From contig JAAYKJ010000197.1 of assembly GCA_012522505.1 (NCBI GenBank), positions 44 through 64,043 of the forward strand: DNA of 64,000 bases, given 5' to 3'. Position numbers and translations under genes: made by a program. Under the pieces are notes generated by a model. That model had not been told where the DNA came from and made no database searches. It saw nothing but the letters and a program-made list of their open reading frames with translations. Of this stretch, positions 18,012 to 26,424 are shown in pieces. Positions within the stretch are counted from its first letter, which is position 1. Each line of letters begins with the position of its first letter. Source of the DNA: Clostridiaceae bacterium (GTDB lineage: Bacteria; Bacillota; Clostridia; DSM-8532).

Positions 18012-19349
18012 CTAAATTCCTCTTTCCAGATTCCCAAATTTCGTATATTGTGGTATCCATGCCAGCTCTACTGTACCTATCGAGCCGTTTCTGTGCTTTG
18101 CAATAATAATTTCACTGATGTTTTTCTTATCGGTATCTTCATTATAATAATCATCTCGATACAAAAACATGACTAAATCAGCATCCTGCTCAATGGCTCC
18201 AGATTCACGCAAATCGGATAGAATGGGCCTATGGTTGGTGGCTCTCATTTCGGGAGCACGACTGAGCTGTGATAGGGCAATTACCGGAACTTCCAATTCT
18301 TTTGCCATGATTTTCAAAGATCTTGAGATCTCAGATATCTCCTGCTGCCGGTTTTCACTGCGTTTTCGTCCTTGCATCAGCTGAAGATAGTCAATCATAA
18401 CAAGCCCCAAGCCCCTCCTCATTTTCAGTCTGCGACATTTTGACATGATCTCCATCACGTTAATTCCGGCATTGTCGTCAATAAATATAGGAGCTTTTGA
18501 CAAGGGCCCCAATGCGTTTGCCAACTTTATCCAATCATTGTCTTCCAGTTTTCCGCTTCTCATTTTTTCCAGCTCCACAAGTGATTCCAGAGAAAGGATA
18601 CGGCTGACCAGCTGCTCCTTGCCCATCTCCAAGCTGAACACGGCTACCGGAACCTGCCTGTGTAATGCAGCGTATGCGGCAATGTTCAGAGCAAAGGCTG
18701 TTTTACCCATGGCCGGCCTTGCTGCAACCAAGATTAAATCGGACTTCTGGAAACCCGAGGTCTTTCTGTCCAATTCGACAAAGCCGCTGGGAACTCCGGT
18801 AAATTCATCTGTGTTATTGTATAGTTTTTCCAAGCGTAAAAAAGTATCGTCTATGACTTCATTGATGTGGACAAGCCCGGATTGGTTACGGTTTTGAACG
18901 ATCTCAAATATACGTTTTTCAGCATCATTCAATACATCCATTGCATCTCCGGTTGCTTCAAAACTTTTCTTAGTGATCTCACTGGATGCTTGAATCAGCT
19001 TCCTTAATATCGATTTTTCCTCTACAATTTCCGCATAATGGCGAGCATTTGCAGTAGTCGGAACAGCAACCGCCAGATTTGAAAGATATTCGTAATCACC
19101 GACCCTGGAAAGCGTGCCTCTTTTGGTCAGTTGTTCCGAAACAGTGATCAGATCTACTGGTTTGTTTTGTTCATAAAGATCCAGTATCGCTTCGAATATT
19201 TCACGGTGCTGTTCCATATAAAAATCTTCGCTGTTTAGTTTTCCGGCAATATCCGGCAATAATTCCTTATCTAAAAGGAGTGATCCCAGTACCGACTGTT
19301 CTGCTTCCGTACTATGTGGCGGTACCCTGTCTATTAGACCTGTCTCCAT
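18012..19349 (-). CDS. dnaB: replicative DNA helicase (DnaB family; DnaC in B. subtilis nomenclature)
   Basis: 445 aa with N-terminal PHSTEAEQSVLGSLL and a RecA-like domain with ARPAMGKTAFALN. Confidence 0.97.
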   Translation of the reverse strand: METGLIDRVPPHSTEAEQSVLGSLLLDKELLPDIAGKLNSEDFYMEQHREIFEAILDLYEQNKPVDLITVSEQLTKRGTLSRVGDYEYLSNLAVAVPTTANARHYAEIVEEKSILRKLIQASSEITKKSFEATGDAMDVLNDAEKRIFEIVQNRNQSGLVHINEVIDDTFLRLEKLYNNTDEFTGVPSGFVELDRKTSGFQKSDLILVAARPAMGKTAFALNIAAYAALHRQVPVAVFSLEMGKEQLVSRILSLESLVELEKMRSGKLEDNDWIKLANALGPLSKAPIFIDDNAGINVMEIMSKCRRLKMRRGLGLVMIDYLQLMQGRKRSENRQQEISEISRSLKIMAKELEVPVIALSQLSRAPEMRATNHRPILSDLRESGAIEQDADLVMFLYRDDYYNEDTDKKNISEIIIAKHRNGSIGTVELAWIPQYTKFGNLERGI

Positions 19350-19425
19350 GTCGGCCCCCTAAGCTAATCGAAAAGTTTCTATGTGCCTGTTTCCCTGGGA
19401 TAAACAGGCAAACCCTTTTAGCCGG

Positions 19426-19875
19426 CTAATCCTGATTGGCAACCTGCACTTTTAGCGTTGCTGAAACACCTGCATACAGCTTGAGCTCGACATCATATTC
19501 ACCCAAAGCCTTAATCGCCTCGGGCAGGACAACCTTTCTTTTATCCACTTGGATTTTATAATCCTTCTCAAGCTTTTCTACGATATCCTTACTGGTTATT
19601 GAACCAAAAAGCTTTCCGTTTTCACCTGCTTTAGAGTAAAAATTAACGGTAACTCCTTTTATTTTGTCCGCTGTTTTCCTTGCATTGGCGAACTCAATTT
19701 CTTTTTTCGTTTTTTCCGCATTCTCGCGCATCGTCATTTCGTTGATGGCCGAAGCACTCGCTTCCACCGCAAGCCCCTTGGGAATCAAAAAGTTACGGGC
19801 ATAACCATCGTTGACATTCACCATCGTGTTTTTTTTACCCAGGTTTCGAACATCCTGCTTTAAAATGACTTTCAT
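19426..19875 (-). CDS. rplI: 50S ribosomal protein L9
   Basis: Starts [36 protein letters not shown], the canonical L9 N-terminus. Confidence 0.97.
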   Translation of the reverse strand: MKVILKQDVRNLGKKNTMVNVNDGYARNFLIPKGLAVEASASAINEMTMRENAEKTKKEIEFANARKTADKIKGVTVNFYSKAGENGKLFGSITSKDIVEKLEKDYKIQVDKRKVVLPEAIKALGEYDVELKLYAGVSATLKVQVANQD

Positions 19876-19988
19876 GTTAAAATACCTCCGGTTTATTTGT
19901 GGTTGGTTGGGCTATACTTCACTTGCAGGAATTTTCCTTTCATATTCTGTCGTCTTAAATTGAACTTCCCTGGGGTATTTTAATACCT

Positions 19989-20318
19989 CTATTTCGCTTC
20001 GTGAACCTCACCTGAACGCATGCGGGCAAGTTCTGACAGATCTCCGAAATATTTCTCAATTTCATTTTCATGAATCAGGCCTAAACGGATTTTTTTCGAG
20101 ATATGCCTGTCCATTGTGGAATAATCCACACCAAGCCTTTTTCCCAAAAGGTATCCGACTACAATCAAATCCGACAACGTGTCTGCCGCCACATTGCGGG
20201 TATCTTCAAGAACAGGATCGGCAAGGTGCCTGTATAGCCCCGCAACATCATCTAGCAATATACTTTTCAGATTCTCGACAATTCGTAAGTTCCTTGTTAT
20301 ATCAAGATTTCTGCCCAT
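19989..20318 (-). CDS. MazG-like nucleotide pyrophosphohydrolase family protein (small, ~109 aa)
   Basis: From M at 20318: MGRNLDITRNLRIVENLKSILLDDVAGLYRHL..., resembling the small MazG-like proteins of Clostridia. The ORF-track N-terminal 54 aa (to 20480) run into repeat copy D and are probably spurious. Confidence 0.55.
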   Translation of the reverse strand: MGRNLDITRNLRIVENLKSILLDDVAGLYRHLADPVLEDTRNVAADTLSDLIVVGYLLGKRLGVDYSTMDRHISKKIRLGLIHENEIEKYFGDLSELARMRSGEVHEAK

Positions 20319-20424
20319 ATGGCCACCGCTCTCCTCACACCCTTTTTCAGGTTTCCCTGTGTATATGATTATAACACTGGCTGGCCTATGTGCTTCAATT
20401 TCCCGTATTATTTCAGCAATTATA

Positions 20425-20565
20425 TTATCATATGCTCCTAAGACCCCGTGCCCTAAAGTCCAAAAATAGAGGAAGTGCATTTTCAGCCGAGAGGGCTAAA
20501 AAACACGAATAGGCGGGGAATAAAGCGATACTTCAGTGGCGTCCCAATGAAGTAGCATTTGATAA
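20425..20565 (-). repeat. MITE-like dispersed repeat, copy D (complete, 141 bp, inverted relative to B)
   Basis: Begins TTATCATATGCTCCTAAGACCCCGTGCCCTAAAG and ends GATACTTCAGTGGCGTCCCAATGAAGTAGCATTTGATAA. By eye it is about three-quarters identical to the reverse complement of copy B. Confidence 0.85.
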
Positions 20566-20665
20566 AATGCTCACAGGTATGGCGTTTTTTCAAGCAAAAA
20601 CGTGTGTTGCACACAAACGTGTACGGTAAGGTGCGTACCAACCGGAGCGCTGCTAAAATGTTCAA
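20562..20665 (+). repeat. second, partial repeat unit (D2) abutting copy D
   Basis: ATAAAATGCTCACAGG resembles the left end of copy C (TTATAAAATGCTACTTCAGTAACAGG), and GGTGCGTACCAACCGGAGCGC matches the palindrome GGTGCGTTCCAGTTGGTACGCACC that is otherwise found only in copy C. Confidence 0.5.
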
Positions 20666-20683
20666 CGTATGTGGATTGAAATA

Positions 20684-20710
20684 CAGCCTATAGATATCAT
20701 CTATAGGCTG
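20684..20710 (-). terminator. hairpin terminator after rpsR
   Basis: Perfect 12-bp stem CAGCCTATAGAT-atc-ATCTATAGGCTG, 6 nt after the rpsR stop. Confidence 0.65.
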
Positions 20711-20716
20711 CAGGTT

Positions 20717-21004
20717 TTAATCGGTGGTGTAAGGCAGAAGTGCAATATGTCTGGCCCGCTTAATAGCGGTAGTCATTTGGCGCTGATGTTTTGCACAGTT
20801 TCCGCTAATCCTTCTGGGAAGTATTTTCCCTTTTTCAGAAAGGAACTTTCTTAGTTTTCCAACATCTTTATAATCTATATGTTCAACCTTATCTACGCAA
20901 AATTGACAAACTTTCCTTCTGCTTCTTCTTCTCATAGGCCTTCCGCCTCTTCTGTCGTTGGAATCCCGGTTATCCCGGTTGTCTCGTCTTCTTGCATCTG
21001 ACAT
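20717..21004 (-). CDS. rpsR: 30S ribosomal protein S18
   Basis: Contains [64 protein letters not shown], the canonical S18 sequence. Confidence 0.97.
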   Translation of the reverse strand: MSDARRRDNRDNRDSNDRRGGRPMRRRSRRKVCQFCVDKVEHIDYKDVGKLRKFLSEKGKILPRRISGNCAKHQRQMTTAIKRARHIALLPYTTD

Positions 21005-21156
21005 CGTTCAATGCCTCCTTCCGCTAAAAAACTATTCTCACACACCACTTTATATCTATAGGCACACTACAACTAAATCAATATACCATAACCACATTTT
21101 ACTGTCAAACTGAATTTTAGCTAACAACACGGTCCCTGCGAATTGCCTCCTGAGGA

Positions 21157-21185
21157 TTGCAAGCAGAAGCTTCCGTTGTTATAAT
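21157..21185 (+). promoter_or_regulatory. sigma-A promoter candidate for the ttcA-like gene (TTGCAA-17-TATAAT)
   Basis: Near-consensus hexamers about 45 nt upstream of the ATG. Confidence 0.5.
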
Positions 21186-21228
21186 AAATCTGCCTGTTAT
21201 ATAGGATTCTTTCAAATGGAGGGTAATC

Positions 21229-21954
21229 ATGCTTCAGAGGCTACTAGCCAGAGTACGGAAAGCTATAAGCGATTATGATATGATAAAGGACGGCGACAGG
21301 ATCGCTGTCGGTGTATCGGGCGGCAAGGACAGCCTTACTTTGATTTATTGTTTGAAAGAGCTGCAAAGGTTTTTGCCTCAGCGTTTTGATCTGGTTGCAA
21401 TTACGCTTTCTCTGGGAAACGAAGGGTTTGATATTAACAGTTTGATAGATTTTTATCACCGCTTGGATGTGAAGTATCATATTGAAGAAACCCAGATCGC
21501 CAAAATTGTTTTTGATGTCCGCAATGAAAAAAACCCCTGCTCTCTATGCTCCAATATGAAGCGCGGAGCAATATACAGCACGGCAAAAAGCCTCGGCTGC
21601 AATAAGGCGGCCTTGGGGCATCACCGGGATGATGTGATTGAAACCCTTTTGCTGGCGCTTTTCTATGAAGGCAGAGTGCATACATTTTCTCCTGTAACCT
21701 ATCTGGATCGAAAGGACATAACGCTTATCCGGCCCATGATTTATTTGGAAGAGAAAAAGATCCGATCATTCATTGAAATGGAGGGTATCCGTCCTGTCCC
21801 CAGTGGATGCAAAGTTGAAGGAGAGACCAAGAGACAGTCTATGAAAGAGCTTATCCACAACCTATCGGAAGAAAACCGGGAAGTTAAAGACAACCTGTTC
21901 GGAGCTATCCAGCGCAGCGGAATCAACGGATGGCATCCTTCCCAAAAAATCTGA
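21229..21954 (+). CDS. ttcA: PP-loop ATPase, TtcA-family tRNA thiolation protein
   Basis: Contains SGGKDS, CSLCSNMKRG and GHHRDDVIETLLL. Confidence 0.8.
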   Translation: MLQRLLARVRKAISDYDMIKDGDRIAVGVSGGKDSLTLIYCLKELQRFLPQRFDLVAITLSLGNEGFDINSLIDFYHRLDVKYHIEETQIAKIVFDVRNEKNPCSLCSNMKRGAIYSTAKSLGCNKAALGHHRDDVIETLLLALFYEGRVHTFSPVTYLDRKDITLIRPMIYLEEKKIRSFIEMEGIRPVPSGCKVEGETKRQSMKELIHNLSEENREVKDNLFGAIQRSGINGWHPSQKI

Positions 21955-22100
21955 CCCCATCGACAGCGTGCTTCTTTGCTGCAATCAAGAAGAACCTGCC
22001 ACTGTAGATACTATCAACTTTTTTCTATAAATGAGCGCCCAGGCAGCGCCCCGGGGCATTTTGGTGTAAACTCTGCAGGTTCTTTGGTATCTTCCAAAGC

Positions 22101-24749
22101 TCAATTATGGTGACGTATAAGACCCATTGCTTTTGCCAGCTCCATTGCAACCAGCGGTACCAGTGCGAGCCCTGCGGCCTCCAGATACAGGAGTGCAGGA
22201 AGGCGGGTTACACCAAAGGCGTCTGAAATGGGCGGGATGAGTACCACAAGAAGAACCAATACTGCAGAAATCAATGCTGCCATATTCAGTTTATGATTGG
22301 TGAGTGGTCCAATGTGAAACAGGGAACGATTCGAGCGCATATTAAAAGAATGCACAACCTGTGTGAGCGCCAGAATTATAAACGCCATCGTCCTGCCGCC
22401 AGCAAGCTGGCCCGTGACAAGCTCCCCATGGCGGAAGCCAATCAGCGTTAATGCTGCAAACATCCCACCCTGCAGTATGATTCGTGCCAGAAGACCATGT
22501 GCAAAAATACTCTCATCCTTGGGTTTGGGCTTACGACTCATGACCTCCGCCTCTACCGCTTCCATTCCCAGGGCAATGGCTGGCAGGCTATCGGTAACAA
22601 GGTTTATCCATAACAGCTGCATGGACAGCAATGGGGACTTCTGCCATATGATCATTGCAAAAAATACAGTCAGCAGTTCACCAATATTGGTTCCCAGTAA
22701 GAAACCAACAGTCTTTTTAATATTATCGTAGATCCCGCGGCCTTGCTTCACCGCTTCTACAATGGTCGCAAAATTATCATCGGTCAGAATCATATCCGAG
22801 GCACCCTTTGCAACATCTGTCCCAGTGATACCCATTGCGCAGCCAATATCCGCCGCTTTCAGAGCAGGTGCGTCATTCACACCGTCTCCGGTCATGGATA
22901 CCACACGCCCCTTCTTTTGCCATGCCTGGACAATCCTGATTTTGTCCTCTGGTGATACCCTGGCATAAACCGAGATATTCTCGACACGGCTATCCAGAAT
23001 ATCATCACTCATTTCCGCCAGTTCCGATCCGGATACGGCATCGTCGCCTTCCTGAAGGATACCGATATCTTTTGCGATAGCTGCTGCCGTAATCACGTGA
23101 TCTCCGGTTATCATGACCGGCTTAATGCCGGCATTCACGCAAAGCTTTACCGCTTCATATGCTTCCGGACGAGGCGGATCGATCATCCCCATCAGCCCCA
23201 TGAAGATTAAACCGGATTCCAGGTCCTCCGGTTTCGGTGTCTCGGGAACTGTATCGATTTCCTTATATGCGAGTGCAATCATACGAAGAGCGTTTTTGCT
23301 TAATTCTTCATTGAGCCTTCCTGCCCTTTCAACATCGCCGGTGACACACTTGGATATGAGCATATCAAAGGCACCTTTTACGATGACAATGTTTTTATCC
23401 TCCATCCGGACAACAACGGACATGGCCTTTCGATTGGAATCGAAAGGAATCTCGGCAATGCGTGGATACTTTTTGCCATATTCCGACCTTGTTATCCCAT
23501 TATGAATAGCAGCCAGAACAATGGCAGTTTCGGTTGGATCGCCGATATGCTTAACCTCATCATCATTCAATTCGACCACGCCGTCACTGCATAGCATCCC
23601 GAACAACAAAAGACGTCGGATTTCTTTGCTGTTGTCGGTATTGATCTCTTCCGGATCGGTCATGCCTTCGGCATACGCTTTTACAAGTGTCATCCTGTTT
23701 TGTGTCAGCGTTCCGGTTTTGTCAGAGCAGATAACAGAAGCACTGCCAAGCGTTTCAACAGCTGGCAGACGACGAATGATCGCATTTTTCTTAACCATCT
23801 GCTGCACCCCGATGGACAGAACAATCGTAACAATCGCAGGCAGCCCTTCAGGAATTGCGGATACTGCCAATGAAACGGCAATCATAAAGATTTCCATCAG
23901 GCGCATTCCGGTTATACTACCAATAGCAAAGATCACGCTACAGGCAGCCAGCGCGATGATGCCAAGTGATTTACCAAGGCGGGCCAGCTTTTCCTGCAGC
24001 GGAGTTTTAGTTTCTTCCGCACCCTCCAGCAGGTTTGCGATTTTACCCATTTCTGTGTTCATCCCCGTTGCGGTAACAACACCTCGGGCACGGCCGTAAG
24101 TAACACTGCAGCCCAGAAACACCATATTGTGACGATCCCCAACCGTTGCACTTTCAGCCACCAATGCACCGGCATCCTTCTCGGAAGGCAAAGATTCACC
24201 CGTTAATGCAGACTCCTCAGCTTTCAGGCTGGCAGACTCCAAAAGCCTGGCATCTGCCGGAATGAAATCTCCTGCTTCCAGCAGAATAATGTCTCCAGGA
24301 ACAAGCCCTTTTGCATCGATCACCTTTTCTCTTCCCTCACGAACTACCCGTGCATGGGGAGCTGACAGGTCATTTAGTGCTTCGAGTGCTTTCTCGGCTT
24401 TGCTTTCCTGAATAACACCCATCAAAGCATTTAATACCACAATCAATAAAATGAGGATAGGTTCAAGAAATTCAGAAGCATTTCCCTCCACAATGGCCAC
24501 GGAAAAGGAAATTATAGCTGCGGCAAGAAGAATTAGTATCATCACATCTTTAAACTGATCCATAAACCGTTGCAGATTGGTTTTCTTCTTTGCTTCCTTC
24601 AGCCTATTTTCTCCGAATTCCTGTAGACGCTTTTGAACGCTTTCGAAATCCAGACCCTTTTCAGCGCTGGTCGCAAGATGCTGAAGTAACTCTTCCGGAT
24701 TGGAGTTGAATGGTATCAACCGAACCCCCCCTTGAATGAATTCATACAT
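22101..24749 (-). CDS. cation-transporting P-type ATPase (Ca2+/PMCA-SERCA-like, P2 type)
   Basis: 882 aa with phosphorylation site CSDKTGTLTQN, TGES, MITGDH, TGDGVNDAPAL and about 10 TM helices. Confidence 0.92.
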   Translation of the reverse strand: MYEFIQGGVRLIPFNSNPEELLQHLATSAEKGLDFESVQKRLQEFGENRLKEAKKKTNLQRFMDQFKDVMILILLAAAIISFSVAIVEGNASEFLEPILILLIVVLNALMGVIQESKAEKALEALNDLSAPHARVVREGREKVIDAKGLVPGDIILLEAGDFIPADARLLESASLKAEESALTGESLPSEKDAGALVAESATVGDRHNMVFLGCSVTYGRARGVVTATGMNTEMGKIANLLEGAEETKTPLQEKLARLGKSLGIIALAACSVIFAIGSITGMRLMEIFMIAVSLAVSAIPEGLPAIVTIVLSIGVQQMVKKNAIIRRLPAVETLGSASVICSDKTGTLTQNRMTLVKAYAEGMTDPEEINTDNSKEIRRLLLFGMLCSDGVVELNDDEVKHIGDPTETAIVLAAIHNGITRSEYGKKYPRIAEIPFDSNRKAMSVVVRMEDKNIVIVKGAFDMLISKCVTGDVERAGRLNEELSKNALRMIALAYKEIDTVPETPKPEDLESGLIFMGLMGMIDPPRPEAYEAVKLCVNAGIKPVMITGDHVITAAAIAKDIGILQEGDDAVSGSELAEMSDDILDSRVENISVYARVSPEDKIRIVQAWQKKGRVVSMTGDGVNDAPALKAADIGCAMGITGTDVAKGASDMILTDDNFATIVEAVKQGRGIYDNIKKTVGFLLGTNIGELLTVFFAMIIWQKSPLLSMQLLWINLVTDSLPAIALGMEAVEAEVMSRKPKPKDESIFAHGLLARIILQGGMFAALTLIGFRHGELVTGQLAGGRTMAFIILALTQVVHSFNMRSNRSLFHIGPLTNHKLNMAALISAVLVLLVVLIPPISDAFGVTRLPALLYLEAAGLALVPLVAMELAKAMGLIRHHN

Positions 24750-24896
24750 AGTATTTATTGCCCTGTTACATTAATGTTATGTAGTTCAGTCGTAAATATG
24801 TGCATCGAAATGATGTACCTTTTCGTTGTAGTATTTGAATCCAAAAGATGCTGATCTGAACTGCCCGGATGAAGATGTGATAAGCCTGGTTATATG

Positions 24897-24929
24897 CCGA
24901 AAACCCTTGATTTTTTCAAGGGTTTTCGG
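24897..24929. terminator. palindromic (bidirectional) terminator after the tRNA-Ser pair
   Basis: CCGAAAACCCTTGA-ttttt-TCAAGGGTTTTCGG. Confidence 0.7.
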
Positions 24930-24937
24930 ATAAATTG

Positions 24938-25029
24938 TGGCGGAGAAGGAGAGATTCGAACTCTCGCGCCGCGTGAACGACCTACACCCTTAGCAGGGGC
25001 GCCTCTTCGACCTACTTGAGTACTTCTCC
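24938..25029 (-). tRNA. tRNA-Ser (anticodon GCU)
   Basis: The reverse complement is GGAGAAGTACTCAAGTAGGTCGAAGAGGCGCCCCTGCTAAGGGTGTAGGTCGTTCACGCGGCGCGAGAGTTCGAATCTCTCCTTCTCCGCCA. It has a long variable arm and anticodon loop CTGCTAA. Confidence 0.93.
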
Positions 25030-25057
25030 GTGTCAAAAAAATAAGGGGATATTCAGC

Positions 25058-25147
25058 TGGCGGAGAGACTGGGATTCGAACCCAGGGTGGGCAAAACCCA
25101 CGCCGGTTTTCAAGACCGGTGCCTTAAACCAACTCGACCATCTCTCC
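25058..25147 (-). tRNA. tRNA-Ser (anticodon UGA)
   Basis: The reverse complement is GGAGAGATGGTCGAGTTGGTTTAAGGCACCGGTCTTGAAAACCGGCGTGGGTTTTGCCCACCCTGGGTTCGAATCCCAGTCTCTCCGCCA. It has a long variable arm and anticodon loop CTTGAAA. Confidence 0.93.
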
Positions 25148-25163
25148 ATAAATTTGCTATGTA

Positions 25164-25193
25164 AGTATATCATGGCCTGAAAACGGTTGTCAA
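25164..25193 (-). promoter_or_regulatory. sigma-A promoter candidate for the tRNA-Ser operon (TTGACA-18-TATACT)
   Basis: Read on the minus strand; the -10 is about 17 nt upstream of the tRNA 5' end. Confidence 0.55.
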
Positions 25194-25270
25194 TACCTTT
25201 GCCTGCGGTAATTTACGGTATAATGGCAGGACGTTGTTCAGAGGTATCTGATGAGAGATAGATGTGCAAT

Positions 25271-25294
25271 AAGATGTGCAATAATAGGAAACAT
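25271..25294. repeat. perfect tandem duplication of a 12-mer (GATGTGCAATAA x2)
   Basis: Seen directly, in the non-coding region upstream of the tRNA-Ser promoter. Confidence 0.8.
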
Positions 25295-25351
25295 TCGCGT
25301 AATGCAGCTTAGATATGTATGGCCATCACTAACATATTGGGAGTATGAACA

Positions 25352-25377
25352 GAAAGAGCATGCATGCATGCTCTTTC
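25352..25377. repeat. 26-bp perfect palindrome GAAAGAGCATGCATGCATGCTCTTTC
   Basis: Seen directly. It could act as a hairpin terminator about 200 nt downstream of sspF. Confidence 0.7.
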
Positions 25378-25582
25378 CATGAAGTACGCTAAAGAGTTTT
25401 TTCCCGGTTTTCAATCTGCTGCAATATCCTTTTGCGTTTATGAAAATTGAATATGACTTCATTTTTCATCTGCAACAACATATACAGCTTTGCAGAGCAT
25501 GGTTTCAATCCTTTGAAAAGGCTGTCAATACAGTCGGTCCAAAGTTGATGAAACTCGATTGCAGCAGTTTATTTTAACGAAC

Positions 25583-25747
25583 CTAGGAATTCCGGCTGGC
25601 CTTCTCAATAGCCATCCTTACCAAATTCCCGCAGTCCCTGGAGGATACTGAACCCCAGCCATGATCTTTCACAGTATCATATACACCGAGTTCTTTCGCA
25701 AATTCTTCCTTGAGGCGTTCTGACATGATGCTTTTTCGCCTGCTCAT
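25583..25747 (-). CDS. sspF: small acid-soluble spore protein, alpha/beta-type family, SspF-like (54 aa)
   Basis: Below the ORF-track size cutoff. My translation MSRRKSIMSERLKEEFAKELGVYDTVKDHGWGSVSSRDCGNLVRMAIEKASRNS aligns closely with B. subtilis SspF (..[44 protein letters not shown]..). GGAGGG RBS 5 nt upstream. Confidence 0.85.
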   Translation of the reverse strand: MSRRKSIMSERLKEEFAKELGVYDTVKDHGWGSVSSRDCGNLVRMAIEKASRNS

Positions 25748-25849
25748 GGTATCCCTCCTCAATGCTTCTTCACGAAGCCTTGTAAGATTGCTTGAACTCT
25801 TTAACGTACGCTGTTATTTTAACCTGCTCCCATTAATCTATGCGTGCTA

Positions 25850-26293
25850 TTATTTGGTTGCTATCGTTTTGAGCGGTTTTGACGGCTTGCTGATTTCTGC
25901 CAGGGCTTCTGATGCTTCCATGTTTGTCTTTCCGGTCGTAGCAATATCCCCTAAGGAAACCATTCCAACAAGGTGTTGATTTTCTACTACAGGTATTCTT
26001 CTGATCTGGCGTGAGGCCATCATTTGTGAAATTGCATGAACATCTTCCTCTGGTGTAACGGTCGTTACCTGCGAAGTCATCACATTCTTTACCGGCGTAG
26101 TCGCTGGATCCTGACCATCAGCAATATTTCTGACAACAATATCCCTGTCAGTCACGATACCGACGAGTCCATTTGCATCAACAACCGGTATTGAACCAAT
26201 ATTGTGCTGCTGCATCATCTGTGCCGCGTCTTTTATCGTGGCATCGGGGCGGATGGATGTTACGGATTTTGTCATTACATCGCGTACCTTCAT
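25850..26293 (-). CDS. CBS-pair domain protein
   Basis: 147 aa with two CBS repeats (VRDVMTKSVTSIRPDATI..., VKNVMTSQVTTVTPEED...). Confidence 0.85.
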   Translation of the reverse strand: MKVRDVMTKSVTSIRPDATIKDAAQMMQQHNIGSIPVVDANGLVGIVTDRDIVVRNIADGQDPATTPVKNVMTSQVTTVTPEEDVHAISQMMASRQIRRIPVVENQHLVGMVSLGDIATTGKTNMEASEALAEISKPSKPLKTIATK

Positions 26294-26424
26294 CGTTTCA
26301 TCTCCTTTCTTTGTGCACCTATAGTTTATCCTTCTGAATGTAACAAATATGTATGCACTGATTATTTTCCATGTTCTTTGCGCATTCTTATCATTGTGTG
26401 AAGATCATTATTCATAGGTGATTT

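Noticed and set aside
25238-25462. A 74-aa ORF in the tRNA-Ser/sspF spacer, and the ORFs 27502..27801, 27687..27917, 28225..28422, 39059..39262 and 63062..63289 in other spacers
   Set aside because: They have no RBS, show odd composition, overlap promoters, palindromes or DnaA boxes, and resemble no family I recognise.
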